Assembly (NCBI GenBank): GCA_965262715.1
Contig: OZ253553.1
Span: forward strand, 864,001 to 928,000
Source: Bdellovibrionales bacterium
Lineage (GTDB): Bacteria; Bdellovibrionota; Bdellovibrionia; Bdellovibrionales; JAUICD01
Direction of reading: 5' to 3'
DNA length: 64,000 bases
Shown piece by piece: positions 30,140 through 41,732 of this stretch. Below the pieces are notes generated by a model that saw only the letters and a list, made by a program, of their open reading frames with translations, was not told where the DNA came from and did not search any database. The translations under genes and the position numbers were made by a program. Each line of letters begins with the position of its first letter. Position 1 is the stretch's first letter.

Positions 30140-31159
30140 ATGAAAATTCACAAATTATTATTATTACTACCAGTGTTGTTAGCTCACCAGATAGCTCCTT
30201 TTCTCTTAAAACTCATTTCTTTTTGGCGTAAAATTTATATCAATAAGTGGTCTTCTTTTAGGTGGCGTAACTTAAATTTTCCAAATCCACTAGGTATTGC
30301 TGGAGGGATAGATAAAAATGCTTTTAATATTTCCGATTGGTGGAAGTGGAATATAGGATTTGTAGAGGTAGGTACAGTCACTGTTAAGGGCCAAAAATGC
30401 AATCCTTCCCCCTTACTTATAAGGGATATTCAAAATCAAAATCTTTGGAATCACTTAGGTTTTCCAAATAAAGGGGCAGATATTATAAAAAGAAGACTTC
30501 TAAAACTTAAAAGGCCTTACCCAACCCCTCTTTTTTTGAATATAGGTAAAAACAGAGAAACTCCAGAAAATAAAGCTTCTAATGATTATGTTTTTTTGAT
30601 TCAAACTTTTCGCAAATTGGTTGATGGATTTGTGATCAACATTTCTAGTCCTAATACAAAAGGGCTTAGAAATCTCCTATCCATTCAAAAAATAACAGGT
30701 TTTCTAATGCCTATAGTGAAAATAGCCAAAGAAGGTAATCAGCCTTGTCATTTATTTTTAAAACTCAGTCCAGATATGAGCAAGTCAGATCTTCTCTATG
30801 TTATTGATGAGAGTCTTAGGCTTGGTTTTGATGGATGGATCCTTACAAATACCACACAAGAAAGGCCGCTTTCACATTCTTATCCTTCAACAGGAGGTCT
30901 TTCAGGTAGATTTTTAAAACAGAAATCTTTAGAATGTCTTAAGTGGGCTCATGTTCATTTAATTCAAAAATTAGGTATAGAAAAGAGGAAGGATTACCTG
31001 CTTATTTCTGTAGGAGGTGTGATGCAAGCTGAAGATGTTTTTGAGCGTCTGAATTGTGGGGCTGACCTTATTCAAGTTTACACAGCTCTTGTTTTTGAGG
31101 GACCTTGCTTTTTTCAAAAAATCTATAAGCTTAAAATGGGGATAAAAAACCAAAGTTAA
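30140..31159 (+). CDS. pyrD: Dihydroorotate dehydrogenase (quinone)
   Basis: NPLGIAGGIDKN, NISSPNTKGLR, KLSPD, TNTT, GGLSG. Confidence 0.93.
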   Translation: MKIHKLLLLLPVLLAHQIAPFLLKLISFWRKIYINKWSSFRWRNLNFPNPLGIAGGIDKNAFNISDWWKWNIGFVEVGTVTVKGQKCNPSPLLIRDIQNQNLWNHLGFPNKGADIIKRRLLKLKRPYPTPLFLNIGKNRETPENKASNDYVFLIQTFRKLVDGFVINISSPNTKGLRNLLSIQKITGFLMPIVKIAKEGNQPCHLFLKLSPDMSKSDLLYVIDESLRLGFDGWILTNTTQERPLSHSYPSTGGLSGRFLKQKSLECLKWAHVHLIQKLGIEKRKDYLLISVGGVMQAEDVFERLNCGADLIQVYTALVFEGPCFFQKIYKLKMGIKNQS

Positions 31160-31473
31160 ATTTATAAATCCAATTTTCCAAATGATGACCTAAACTTTAT
31201 ATATGGGTTTTTACGAAATAAAAGATTTATTTATAAAATCTATTAGATGACATTCCCCAATCACACAAGAGCACTAAATATTTGAAGTCCTTAGGGTTTA
31301 TTATAAATTTTCTGTAGCTCTAAAAAAAAATAATAAAATTTTCTAACCAAAGGTATACTTTATTCAGTCTAGTTTTATAAAGGTCATAAATACAGATGTT
31401 GCACAACGTTAGCTTTATTGTGAGACTATTTATGAGCTATTAGGAAAACTTTTTTAGAGGGGGGGATGCAAGT

Positions 31474-31863
31474 ATGCTCAAAAATATTCTCATTCAAAAA
31501 GGGCTTTCTAAAAGGGAAGCAGAAGTTGTAGAAATGGTTACTAAAGGTTTATCTAATAAGGAGGTAGCAAACCAACTTTTTGTAACAGAAAAAACTATTA
31601 AGTTTCATTTAACCAATATCTATAAAAAGATGAGCTTAAAATCAAGAGCTCAGCTTATTGTATGGTGTATGCCTCATCAACACTTTATAGGAGAAGAAGC
31701 CAGAAGGTCACAAGCACTCCAAAATAGCGGTCAAGACCTACTGACTCATCAAGGTTCTATTCCTAGAGGTAGTTCTACTGTAACCTCTAGTAACAATACA
31801 CCAGATTATTTAAACCGTCCCAATAATCCTTCTGTTGGGCAACCTAACCTTTGGGAAAAGTAA
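31474..31863 (+). CDS. LuxR-family HTH regulator (stand-alone)
   Basis: LSKREAEV...GLSNKEVANQLFVTEKTIKFHLTNIYKK. Confidence 0.92.
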   Translation: MLKNILIQKGLSKREAEVVEMVTKGLSNKEVANQLFVTEKTIKFHLTNIYKKMSLKSRAQLIVWCMPHQHFIGEEARRSQALQNSGQDLLTHQGSIPRGSSTVTSSNNTPDYLNRPNNPSVGQPNLWEK

Positions 31864-32164
31864 ATAGAGAGAGGGGCATATTGCTTTGGAATAATAAAAG
31901 GATGAGTGGGGGAACAGGAAGTTAGATGTTTATAAATGGCTTAATAATGTAGCCAAATGAATACACACCTAATTGTCTATGTTTCATCACCCACCCCTCC
32001 AAGCTAACAAATCAAGCTCCACTTGTCACAAAGGTCATGTCTTTCACCTCCATAAATAAGAGCTTCTTAGGTGTTTGTCTACATAGTCAGCAATATTCTA
32101 AACTTTAGTCACCTATTAAGACATATTTCACTGTGAACTCTAAAATAACCATATTTAACACATT

Positions 32165-32180
32165 TGGTCCCTATATTGCT
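32165..32180 (+). promoter_or_regulatory. Candidate sigma-54 promoter of the subtilase gene
   Basis: TGGTCCCTATATTGCT = GG-N10-GC, about 35 bp upstream of ATG 32216. Confidence 0.55.
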
Positions 32181-32215
32181 TCTCTAAATAATATAAGCAA
32201 AAAAGGGGTTTTAAA

Positions 32216-33535
32216 ATGTGGACAACTTGTAGTGAAAAAATACATATCATTATATTTTTATTTTTTATTTTTATATTTGAAATATACCATTTACATTCTT
32301 CATCAAGACCTTTAGAAAGTGATTTAAAGGCTCATCAAAAAAATCAGATTGTTAATTTTACACAAAATCGTGATCTACAAAACAAAACGTCTAAAGAAAC
32401 CTCAGTTCTTATGAACGATTCTGCTATACAGAAGAATTGGGGACTCATGGGTACAAATGGGAAATCAGATATTAGAGCTGCACGTGCTTGGGAGATTTCC
32501 AAAGGGAGTCGAGATGTAGTTGTGGCTATTATTGATACTGGTATTGACCTAAATCATGAAGACTTACGTAGTAACCTCTGGAAAAATAAAGGAGAAACAG
32601 GGTTAGATAAGCAAGGAAGATCCAAAGAAACAAATAAAATTGATGATGACGGAAATGGATTCATAGATGATGTTCATGGCTGGAATTTTGTATCCAATAA
32701 CAACAGTGTAAAGGATTATCATGGCCATGGAACACATGTTTCTGGAATCATAGGTGCTGAGGGTGGTAATAGTAAAGGTATTAGTGGTGTTTCACCTAAA
32801 GTAAATCTCATGATATTAAAGTACTATGATCCTCGTTTTTCAAATACAGATAACCTTCAAAACACTATCAAAGCTATTCGATATGCAACAAAAATGGGCG
32901 CAAAAATTATTAATTATTCAGGAGGAGGCACTCAGTATTCTCAATTAGAATTTGACGCTATCAAACAAGCAAGAAACAAAGGTATTCTTTTTGTTGCAGC
33001 TGCTGGTAATGAGAGCTCAAATTCCAATAAGTTTAACTATTACCCAGCAAATTATTCTTCAAAATTAAATAATATTATTTCTGTAACAGCTATCAATCGT
33101 TCAACAAAGATTTTGTCTTCTAGTAATTGGGGTCATTTGACAGTTCATATTGCAGCACCTGGAGAAAATATTTTTTCCACACTACCTCATAATAAATATG
33201 GACACATGACAGGAACATCACAGGCTACCGCTTTTGTTTCAGGAGTGGCTTCCTTATTGTATGCACAAAACAAGGAGTTTGATTATGTTGCTGTTAAAAA
33301 CCAAATTCTATCAACAGCTGATGAGAAAAAAAGCCTAAAATCTAAGACAATAACATCTGGAAAACTTAATGCATGGGCAGCACTAGCCATGCAATCATCT
33401 ATACCTGTCACAGGTGTTAAAGATGATTCAGGAACTCACAGTCTACCTCAATTTGAACAGCAGGTTGCTCAACGTGGTTTATTCCAATTAAAAAGCACTA
33501 TGAAGGATATTCTTAAACAAGCAGATAGAAAATAG
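32216..33535 (+). CDS. Subtilisin-like S8 serine protease
   Basis: Catalytic triad IIDTG, HGTHV, GTSQA; AAAGNE. Confidence 0.93.
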   Translation: MWTTCSEKIHIIIFLFFIFIFEIYHLHSSSRPLESDLKAHQKNQIVNFTQNRDLQNKTSKETSVLMNDSAIQKNWGLMGTNGKSDIRAARAWEISKGSRDVVVAIIDTGIDLNHEDLRSNLWKNKGETGLDKQGRSKETNKIDDDGNGFIDDVHGWNFVSNNNSVKDYHGHGTHVSGIIGAEGGNSKGISGVSPKVNLMILKYYDPRFSNTDNLQNTIKAIRYATKMGAKIINYSGGGTQYSQLEFDAIKQARNKGILFVAAAGNESSNSNKFNYYPANYSSKLNNIISVTAINRSTKILSSSNWGHLTVHIAAPGENIFSTLPHNKYGHMTGTSQATAFVSGVASLLYAQNKEFDYVAVKNQILSTADEKKSLKSKTITSGKLNAWAALAMQSSIPVTGVKDDSGTHSLPQFEQQVAQRGLFQLKSTMKDILKQADRK

Positions 33536-33721
33536 TTATTTGCTTTAAGGAACTGTTGCCATTTCAAGATAGAATATTGAAATTACAATATAAATTGTTT
33601 CTTATTAAGTCTTATTTATTTTAGAACCTGGCAATCTTGGCAATCCGTATCCGGCAACAAAATCTGTTTTGAATTTACTCATAATTTTTATCCCCCAAGT
33701 CCTTACAGGCTTTATAGCAAA

Positions 33722-36496
33722 TTAAAAAGCTCCAATAGAAAAGTGTAGACGTCCTAAACTTTCTTCTTCTCGGCGTTGCAATTTAAGACCATATTCTATA
33801 CTAACAGGGCCTACGGGTGTAGAGATGCGAAGGCCTAATCCCACAGAGCTTCTGTATTCATCTTTTTCATGCCTTTGAGCAATGTTTACAGCACCTCCAT
33901 CGTGAAATAAAACTCCTCTTAGTGCCTTAAAAATAGGAAATCTTAATTCTGATTTCAAAAGATAGTAATAACTGTAAGTTAAAATTGTTAAAGGATCTCT
34001 ATCACTTACCAAGTCAGCTCTGTTAGGAATAGATTTTAAAGGATAACCTCTGATAGAAGATTGTCCGCCTAACAAGACAACCCTAGATTCTGGAATCTCT
34101 GAGGTGTCTCTATTGAGGTTTGTGATGTAACCTCCTGTGATAGAGTTTGCTAAAACAAATTTAGAAAGTAAAGGGGTGTAAAGATTAAATTTTCCTAAAA
34201 GACTTAGGAAACGAATAGATTGTCTAGAACCTAATAGAGGATCTGCAAAATCTAAATTGAATGTCGAATAAGTTCCTTTTGTTGTATTAAATGGGTTATT
34301 TCTATAATCTAACTCTATTCCAGGTCCAATTGACCCAATAATACTTAGTGGGCCTATATTTTCTGATTGATCATTATATTGTCTTGCGATATCTAATTTC
34401 CATAGACTGTAAAATAGAGTTATCTTTTTATTCATTTCACGCTCTAGTAAAAAATGAATAGAAGTTTGATTTCTTATAAAACGTTCATTGTTTGAGAGTT
34501 GGGTATATGAGACATCCTTCAAGTGGTCAAAGTGAATTCGACCTCTAGTTCTAGAACCAAAGATAAAAGGTTCATAATAGCTAACACCAATATCATATTG
34601 CAAAAAGTCAAAGTCAGTGTATTTTAGTTCTAAATTTGTGTTGAAGCCACGAGCTGTTCCTCCTAAATTACGATAACCAAGGCCAACAATACCTCTTAGA
34701 GTTAAATAAGACTCACTATTAACACCAAGGACAAAACGCAAAAGACCAGGGTTTCGGTCTGTAACACGTACTAAAACAGTTCTTTCTTCCAATAAAGAGC
34801 CTGCTTCAGGTAAAGTGATGTCTATACTAGAAAAGAGTCCGGTTTGTTGTAAGCGGTAACGACTTTCTCTTATCAAGCCCTGTGTTAATATATCACCAGA
34901 TTGAAAAGCTAGCTCCCTCAAAATTACTTGTGACTTAGTGATTTGATTACCTTGAATTAAAATATTGGCAACCTTCACTTCAGGACCTTCATGAAGCTCA
35001 AATAAAATATCAGCTTGTGTGTCATTGTTATAATATTTGATCACATTGTTTGGATTATTGATCTTTATATCTAAGAAGCCTTTTTGTAAATAATAATCTT
35101 CAATAACATCAAACCCTTCTTCCAAAAGTGAAAGATTTAAAGGTTCTCCTGGGCTTAACTTTAAAACTTCAAGCAACTCTTTATCTGTTACTTGATCATT
35201 GCCTCTAAAATCTATATTCCTTATTTTTGTAAGCGGACCTTCATTGATGAAAATCTGAACTGTGACCTGGTTATTTTCGCTGTCAAATTTTTCAACTACA
35301 GACTGTACATTCACTTTTAAGTAACCTTGATTCTGTAGAGTAGTGATCAATTTTCTGATATTTTTAAGCATATTATCTTTGACATAAACTTCTGCTATTT
35401 TTGAAAAAAAAGAACGATCAGACCTTAAGATATCAACATATTTTTGATTATTTTGCCTGTTTGCGTCTATAACTTGAATTTCTTGTAAATAGAACAAATG
35501 TCCAGGCTTAATATTAAAGAAAATATGATGTTCAAGCTTACCTTGTAATATTTTTTCAGAGACATTTACTTGCACCTTAGGGTAACCCTCACTTTCATAA
35601 AACTTCTTAATCCTCTGAGAAAATGTCATAAGTGATCCAAAGCTCTCAGGTGTTTTTAAAGAGAGACTTTCTATCACATCTGCTCTACTAGGCGGTGCTT
35701 TTTTGTAAGGAATAGAAGGTATTTTTTCTTGATCTTCAACTTTAACATGAATGAAAAAATGATAAGCATTCTCAATTTTATAAACGATATTAACTTCTGT
35801 TTTATCATTATTAAATTGTAATTGAGATTCTAATAATCTGGCTCTAAAATATTGTTTTTTGAATAGAAAATCTTGTAGGTCATTTTTAATTTTTATAAAG
35901 TGGTCTTTTGTATAAGAATCTTTTCTATAAGATTTAGCTTTTTTGAAGAGAAGGTTCCTTATTTTTTGAGAAGCGATGAAATCTATAGATTTAATTTTAC
36001 AAATAAACCCTTCTACAATATCAATTTTAACATTTACTCCTTGATTTGTAGTGTTCTCAATATCTATATCTATTTTAATATTAAAATAACCTTTATCCCT
36101 GTATTGGTTTTTAATTTGTTCTAAAGCTGTAGTCAGTTGTTGTTTTGTGAAAATACTGCCAACAGATATGTTAAGTAGATTCAATATTTCGTCTTGAGAA
36201 AAAATTTGATGACCAGTGATTGAAATATCTTTGAGAGTTCTATTTTGTGAAGCCTTTATTTCCCAGTATATCTGGCCGTTTTTTTGAGTTTTTAATAGAT
36301 CGACAGTTTCATATTGTCCTAGTTTAAAAATTTCTTTGAGTAATCTATTAGCTTCTGATAAAGAAAGATTTTTCTTTAATAGGCCTTTCTTAGAAAGAGC
36401 TTGTTTGTCTTTTTGAGTTAACCCTACATAAGATGTAGGTGCGGAGATAACTTGAGGAGTGTATATAAGTATAAAAAGGAAAACCAATTGTCTCAT
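33722..36496 (-). CDS. Omp85-family outer membrane assembly protein (BamA/TamA-like)
   Basis: POTRA-like repeats, LGGQSSIRGY, C-terminal TPVGP...HFSIGAF. Confidence 0.9.
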   Translation of the reverse strand: MRQLVFLFILIYTPQVISAPTSYVGLTQKDKQALSKKGLLKKNLSLSEANRLLKEIFKLGQYETVDLLKTQKNGQIYWEIKASQNRTLKDISITGHQIFSQDEILNLLNISVGSIFTKQQLTTALEQIKNQYRDKGYFNIKIDIDIENTTNQGVNVKIDIVEGFICKIKSIDFIASQKIRNLLFKKAKSYRKDSYTKDHFIKIKNDLQDFLFKKQYFRARLLESQLQFNNDKTEVNIVYKIENAYHFFIHVKVEDQEKIPSIPYKKAPPSRADVIESLSLKTPESFGSLMTFSQRIKKFYESEGYPKVQVNVSEKILQGKLEHHIFFNIKPGHLFYLQEIQVIDANRQNNQKYVDILRSDRSFFSKIAEVYVKDNMLKNIRKLITTLQNQGYLKVNVQSVVEKFDSENNQVTVQIFINEGPLTKIRNIDFRGNDQVTDKELLEVLKLSPGEPLNLSLLEEGFDVIEDYYLQKGFLDIKINNPNNVIKYYNNDTQADILFELHEGPEVKVANILIQGNQITKSQVILRELAFQSGDILTQGLIRESRYRLQQTGLFSSIDITLPEAGSLLEERTVLVRVTDRNPGLLRFVLGVNSESYLTLRGIVGLGYRNLGGTARGFNTNLELKYTDFDFLQYDIGVSYYEPFIFGSRTRGRIHFDHLKDVSYTQLSNNERFIRNQTSIHFLLEREMNKKITLFYSLWKLDIARQYNDQSENIGPLSIIGSIGPGIELDYRNNPFNTTKGTYSTFNLDFADPLLGSRQSIRFLSLLGKFNLYTPLLSKFVLANSITGGYITNLNRDTSEIPESRVVLLGGQSSIRGYPLKSIPNRADLVSDRDPLTILTYSYYYLLKSELRFPIFKALRGVLFHDGGAVNIAQRHEKDEYRSSVGLGLRISTPVGPVSIEYGLKLQRREEESLGRLHFSIGAF

Positions 36497-39400
36497 TTAA
36501 ATTCTATTTCATACTTTAGATCTAGTCCTAAAACATTCTCAGTTTCAATATCAACATCTGAGCTGTCAGCTTGACTTCCTGATTTAGTGGAATGTCTCTC
36601 TCTATTTTCCCACATGCCTAAAACAGAAAGATTATCATCTAATTGGTATTCTATTTTTACATCTGATGTAGGAGACTCTCTAACTGGGTCTAAATTACTA
36701 GGATCAGAATCTGCATTTGACCCCAAACGACGACTTATGCTTGTACTTAATTGGGAACCCCATTGCTTTCTCACAGTAACTTTAGGCCTATCTTCAAAAT
36801 CTTCTGATGCATCTCTTGTGGATGAAAAGTTCATTTCAAGTCCCGTTTTATCTTTTAAGACTTTTCCTATGCCTATATAATTAAGAGCCTGCTGTCCTAC
36901 CTGTTCTTCGGAAGATAAATCCTCTTGCTCTTCACTGGTAAAACCTAAAGCAATAAGGTTAATGATATCTCTTTCTGGTAGAGCTGGATTGCTTTCAAAA
37001 TGCATCATATGATCCTTACTTGTTCCTTGTATTGATATATTTACATCATATTCTTTGACTTGCGCGCTTGCAACCAAAGAGATGATAGGATCAATTTCCT
37101 GTCTATTTGGAAAGCGTAAACTAGCCTTTGTGATTCTAAATGGTGTATCCCTGAATTTTAAAATGCTATCTTTTTTGAAATGAATTTCTCCTAAGAAGTA
37201 AGGGTTATTAATTGGTCCAAGCAGTCTTAGATCACCAAAAAAGTTTCCTTCAATAAATGAATTCGAAACATAAGCATTTGATCTAAAGAATGTGAGAATA
37301 TCCCATTCAATACTAGAAAACCTTTTTTTCAATAAAGATTCCGGCAAAAGATTGGAATAACGGATTGAAGAATTATTCTCTTCATCTTCAAGCTCTTTCT
37401 CAACTCGAGCTGTGTCAATAGTATAATTTCCTTTAAAAAGGAAAGGAAACCAAGACCTAGTTATTTCTATTTGTCCATTCCCCCTAGTCACCACATTATC
37501 AGGAATATGTAGCTGTATATCTCTTGCTTTTGCTGAAATTTTTGTTGGAAAGTTTTTCCAGCCTTCAATAGTCACTCGACCATTAGCTGTGACATTTCCT
37601 GTAGTTAAATCAGTGTAAAAATCAGTCAAAATAATATCCTTTTCAGAAAATAATACCTCTATCTTGAGGTTTTCAAAAGGATGAGGGAATTCCTTCATTT
37701 TTGCATAACCATCTCTGATGTAAGCGGAACCCATCATTTGAAGCCTATTAGTGGATCCTCTAAGGTCATAGTTGAGTTCTAATGCCCCTCTTAATTCCTC
37801 CAAAAAAGGGGTTAAAAAAGCCATCATATAAGTGTCAATTTTTCCATTAAATGATAAATTAAGATTGTTTTTTTGGGAGTCTTTAGCCTCTATTTTGAAT
37901 TGTGTATTATTACCAGTAAGAATGAGATCACTTATATTCATCTTGCCATTTTCAAATTGAATAGAAGAAGGTTTTCTTAAGTATAGGTCACTTTGCCCTC
38001 TTTGTAAGATAAACTCATCAAGTTGAATGAATCCATCTGCTTGCCAAATCCAATCTGATAGAGAAGATATGTCTATTTTACCGGATATGGATGTTTCATA
38101 CTCTTCTATCAAATCTTCTTGCTTAAAAAGAGCAAAAGCAGGAGAAAAGTCCCACTTATTCATGCTTAGCTTAATAAATAAAGGAGATCTTGAGTTTAAT
38201 GGAATTAATGTTTCTAATGAGAGTGTTTGGTTTTCTAGGACAGTATTTACATAAACACCTTCAGAGGACCATTCGATATCATAACGAGGCATTGAGATAG
38301 GAACATCTGAAATACGAAAACCTTCTATTTGTCCTGTTAATTTAATTTCTGGTGTAAAAATATGGCCTTGCAAAGATATATTAAAGTTATTTTGTCCAAG
38401 AATATTGTAACCAAAGTTTCTTAAAAACTCGCTATCTACTAAGTAAAAGCGAGATCCTTTAACTTGAATATCTATTTGGCCATTGGGATGCCCTACGCCC
38501 GATGAGACAAAAGCTCGACCTAGACCTTTATGGACTTCAACTTGTTTTGTTTCAAATTCACCGTCACGTGATCTAATATGAAAAATTAATTTATCAAAGG
38601 ATTCTTTAGAAATAGTTCCTCTTTGTGTATCAATATTCATATCATAACTAAGACGATTGAATTTTAGAGGTCCCCAAACCTTCAGATCAACCTTTCCTAG
38701 AGCTTGTACTTCTAATGGAAAAAAATACTTTCTTTTTATAAGCTGCCTCAAATCAGAAAGTTCTAAATGATCTGAATTCAACTGGGCATTGATTTTAGAT
38801 GATGAAAGATCAATATCTAGCTTCCCTTGATATTCTGTGTTGCCAAAAATTCCACTCGTCTTTTTAAAAGATAAAATACTTTTTTTATATTCTAGAAGAG
38901 ATTCAAAATGTCCTACTCCATAGTTTTCAAACCAGATATCCTTGGCTTTTAAATTCATTGATATGGTCGCAAATTGAGATGTTCCTTTTGTTGAACCTTC
39001 TAGAGCTGTGCTGCCTTCTATTTTTAATTCCGATAGGGATTCAATATCTAGAAAATTAAATTGTGGAGTGGAAAAGTTAAATAAAAATCCTGATTTGTAA
39101 TTCACATGTCCATTAACAACACCTTTAGTTTTACCAATTGTGAGGTTTGAATTAATTGTCACCTGGTATTTATCTATACTCATCTCTCCTTCGATTTTAC
39201 CACTTTGAAAAGCAACAATTCTTTTTTCACTTTTAGGTTTATGAATGACAAAATCACTAAGCTCTATATTTTCAGACTGACAATGGATTTGCACTTCAGG
39301 TAGGAAATGGCCTTCGCAAGGTAACTTTCCTCTAACATTTAATTTAAGATAAGGAACTTTTACTTGAAAATTTGCTAAAAGCTTATCTAGTTCTAGAGAG

Positions 39401-40506
39401 TCAATATCTAGTGATGTTTGAAAAAAGAGGTCCTCATCGAAGTGAATCACTGTTTGTTCAAAATCTATACGATTCGCTTGATTTATTACTGCAAGTTTTT
39501 TAGATACAAATTGGTCATTCTGAAGGGAGCCTTCTAGTTCAACTTTTCCAAAATAAAATCGTTTAAACCGAAGTCTTTGAGCAGCTGTTTTAAGTTTGAC
39601 ATTTAAGTTTCTGTTTTTCTTCTTTATAAAATGAGCTGAAACATCTAAGGTTCCATTTATTTGTTTTAATTGCTCATTTGGATAGAAAGGTAATATCCAG
39701 TTTTGCGCTGTTTTTAAATTAAAATGAGAACGCCAATGGAATTGGTATTCTCTCTGACAATCATTCAATCTTTTTTGAAATGAACAATGTCCGCTAAAAA
39801 AGTGTAAGTAGTCAGAATGCTTTGCCATATACAAGCTAGAAACAAATAAATCATCTCTACTGATTTGTAAATTTGTTTTGAATTCCCAGTTAGACTCCAT
39901 TTTAGACATATCTTCTGTTTGGTAAGCAAAATTTGGGCTTTTAATAAATAAAGACCATTTTTCATTATCATAACTTAGTCTTAAAAAAAGATCTTTCCAC
40001 TGAATAAATCTTTTTAGATGGTGTATCTTGAGCTGTGTTTTTTCAATGACAATGGAAGAAATTGGTAAGTCTAAATATTTAAAGAAAGTTTCTTTATCTA
40101 AATCTAAAGACATAGAGCCAGATTTACTTTTGTTACTAAATATCTTAGAAGCTTGATGATGTCCAACATCAAATGTAAGACTTGTTTCTTGAACTCTTAA
40201 CTCTTTTATTAAAAAATAACCCGAAAAAAAAGCAGGAATATTTAAGGAAACATTTAACTTTTTAACTTTAAAGTCAGGTAGATGACGTTTCAGTTCCTTT
40301 TGAGTCTTAATTTCAATGTTATATAAACTGATACTTAAAGGGAAAATATTGAAATCAATATCTTGGGGTATAATATGTAATTTTTGATTTTTGGTTTCTG
40401 TGATGATTTGATGCTTTAACCAATCTTTAACATTTTTTTGATGGTAAGATATAACAAACCCCAAAAGCCCAAAAAATATCAATAAAAGAAAGTAAAAATA
40501 TTTCAA
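36493..40506 (-). CDS. tamB: TamB/AsmA-family protein
   Basis: 1337-aa beta-rich protein with N-terminal anchor; C-terminal FESNPALPERDIINLIALG and LKYEIEFK; coupled to the Omp85 gene. Confidence 0.8.
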   Translation of the reverse strand: MKYFYFLLLIFFGLLGFVISYHQKNVKDWLKHQIITETKNQKLHIIPQDIDFNIFPLSISLYNIEIKTQKELKRHLPDFKVKKLNVSLNIPAFFSGYFLIKELRVQETSLTFDVGHHQASKIFSNKSKSGSMSLDLDKETFFKYLDLPISSIVIEKTQLKIHHLKRFIQWKDLFLRLSYDNEKWSLFIKSPNFAYQTEDMSKMESNWEFKTNLQISRDDLFVSSLYMAKHSDYLHFFSGHCSFQKRLNDCQREYQFHWRSHFNLKTAQNWILPFYPNEQLKQINGTLDVSAHFIKKKNRNLNVKLKTAAQRLRFKRFYFGKVELEGSLQNDQFVSKKLAVINQANRIDFEQTVIHFDEDLFFQTSLDIDSLELDKLLANFQVKVPYLKLNVRGKLPCEGHFLPEVQIHCQSENIELSDFVIHKPKSEKRIVAFQSGKIEGEMSIDKYQVTINSNLTIGKTKGVVNGHVNYKSGFLFNFSTPQFNFLDIESLSELKIEGSTALEGSTKGTSQFATISMNLKAKDIWFENYGVGHFESLLEYKKSILSFKKTSGIFGNTEYQGKLDIDLSSSKINAQLNSDHLELSDLRQLIKRKYFFPLEVQALGKVDLKVWGPLKFNRLSYDMNIDTQRGTISKESFDKLIFHIRSRDGEFETKQVEVHKGLGRAFVSSGVGHPNGQIDIQVKGSRFYLVDSEFLRNFGYNILGQNNFNISLQGHIFTPEIKLTGQIEGFRISDVPISMPRYDIEWSSEGVYVNTVLENQTLSLETLIPLNSRSPLFIKLSMNKWDFSPAFALFKQEDLIEEYETSISGKIDISSLSDWIWQADGFIQLDEFILQRGQSDLYLRKPSSIQFENGKMNISDLILTGNNTQFKIEAKDSQKNNLNLSFNGKIDTYMMAFLTPFLEELRGALELNYDLRGSTNRLQMMGSAYIRDGYAKMKEFPHPFENLKIEVLFSEKDIILTDFYTDLTTGNVTANGRVTIEGWKNFPTKISAKARDIQLHIPDNVVTRGNGQIEITRSWFPFLFKGNYTIDTARVEKELEDEENNSSIRYSNLLPESLLKKRFSSIEWDILTFFRSNAYVSNSFIEGNFFGDLRLLGPINNPYFLGEIHFKKDSILKFRDTPFRITKASLRFPNRQEIDPIISLVASAQVKEYDVNISIQGTSKDHMMHFESNPALPERDIINLIALGFTSEEQEDLSSEEQVGQQALNYIGIGKVLKDKTGLEMNFSSTRDASEDFEDRPKVTVRKQWGSQLSTSISRRLGSNADSDPSNLDPVRESPTSDVKIEYQLDDNLSVLGMWENRERHSTKSGSQADSSDVDIETENVLGLDLKYEIEFK

Positions 40507-41732
40507 TTTTTAATAAGCTCCTTCCATTTTGATAATATCAAATCAGCGCAGCGAAAGTGAGGTTTTTGTTTTACAATTTCAGACATAAGTTCAATAGCTT
40601 CATGGTTTTTGTTCAGTCCCCATAAAGCTTTTGCTTTAAAGTAGATAAGGGATAAGATAATATCTGGATCTTCATTCATGTATTGTTTCAGCATTTTATC
40701 TACATGTTCTAAGAGTTCTAAGTAATATTTATGAGCAGAGTAAAGTTCTAGTTTTAAGGAGTCAGAATATTTATTATTTGAATTTTTTCTGGAAGACTTT
40801 GAGGATATGAAGTATTTATCATATTGCTCTAAAGATTGAAGTGTTTCTTCATAAACTCCCATCATAAAAAGGCTCACAGCTAAATCATAAGCATAGTAAG
40901 GTTGTGTTCTAGCTTGTACAAGAAATGAAGGTAAAACTTCCTTTTTTGCTTTTTTTAACACACTTTGAAATTCATCTTCTACTTGTTGGAAGATGCGATG
41001 GATTAAAAATTCTTCCTTAAGTCGAAGTCCTAACTCTATCTGAGTCTTATTTTGAGATATATTTTTTACTTTCTCATTCTCATCTATTTCTTCATCTTCA
41101 TACTTTTCATTAGTTGTGACTTGGGCACCCATTTGAGTGTCTTGTAACTCTTCTTGTACATTATTTATAGTTTTTATATCAGTGATTTGGTTGGTTTTGT
41201 CATAGGCTTGGTCGTTATAATACGTGTCAGTTATATTTACCTGTAAGGTTTTTGCTTGAGAGATTTGAGAGGCTGTCATCTCTGAGGCAACCTTTTTTCT
41301 AGATATACCACCCCAAAGTTCTGTTAGATGAGATTGGACATCCTTCAATTGGTCAGTCCAATTGTTTTCAATATGAGCATCTAAAAGGCTCTCATTATGA
41401 CACATAAAGGATAAAAGTTGTAATTGGCGTATTTCTTCTAATCCAAAAAAAAATAAATCTACAACTTCTTGATCTATGTAGCTATCAAATTTTTTTAACA
41501 CGTAACCAATATCTTGCCATGGAATTTCTTGATATTTTAGTAAACGTTGAGCTACATGGTCACATAGGCTTGCATAAAATCTGCACTGAATAAGAAATTG
41601 AGCGATTGCATGAGCATTGCTATCATTATGCTGGATAGAAGACCAGCGTCGGATAAGAGTATCGGCAATAAATGTTTCTTCCGTCTCAGAAAGCAACATA
41701 TCTTGAATTTCAATCTCTATTTGATTATCCAC
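40503..41732 (-). CDS. Hypothetical protein with C-terminal TPR-like helices
   Basis: Long ORF coupled to tamB; YFKAKALWGL...AIELM. Confidence 0.7.
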   Translation of the reverse strand: MDNQIEIEIQDMLLSETEETFIADTLIRRWSSIQHNDSNAHAIAQFLIQCRFYASLCDHVAQRLLKYQEIPWQDIGYVLKKFDSYIDQEVVDLFFFGLEEIRQLQLLSFMCHNESLLDAHIENNWTDQLKDVQSHLTELWGGISRKKVASEMTASQISQAKTLQVNITDTYYNDQAYDKTNQITDIKTINNVQEELQDTQMGAQVTTNEKYEDEEIDENEKVKNISQNKTQIELGLRLKEEFLIHRIFQQVEDEFQSVLKKAKKEVLPSFLVQARTQPYYAYDLAVSLFMMGVYEETLQSLEQYDKYFISSKSSRKNSNNKYSDSLKLELYSAHKYYLELLEHVDKMLKQYMNEDPDIILSLIYFKAKALWGLNKNHEAIELMSEIVKQKPHFRCADLILSKWKELIKN

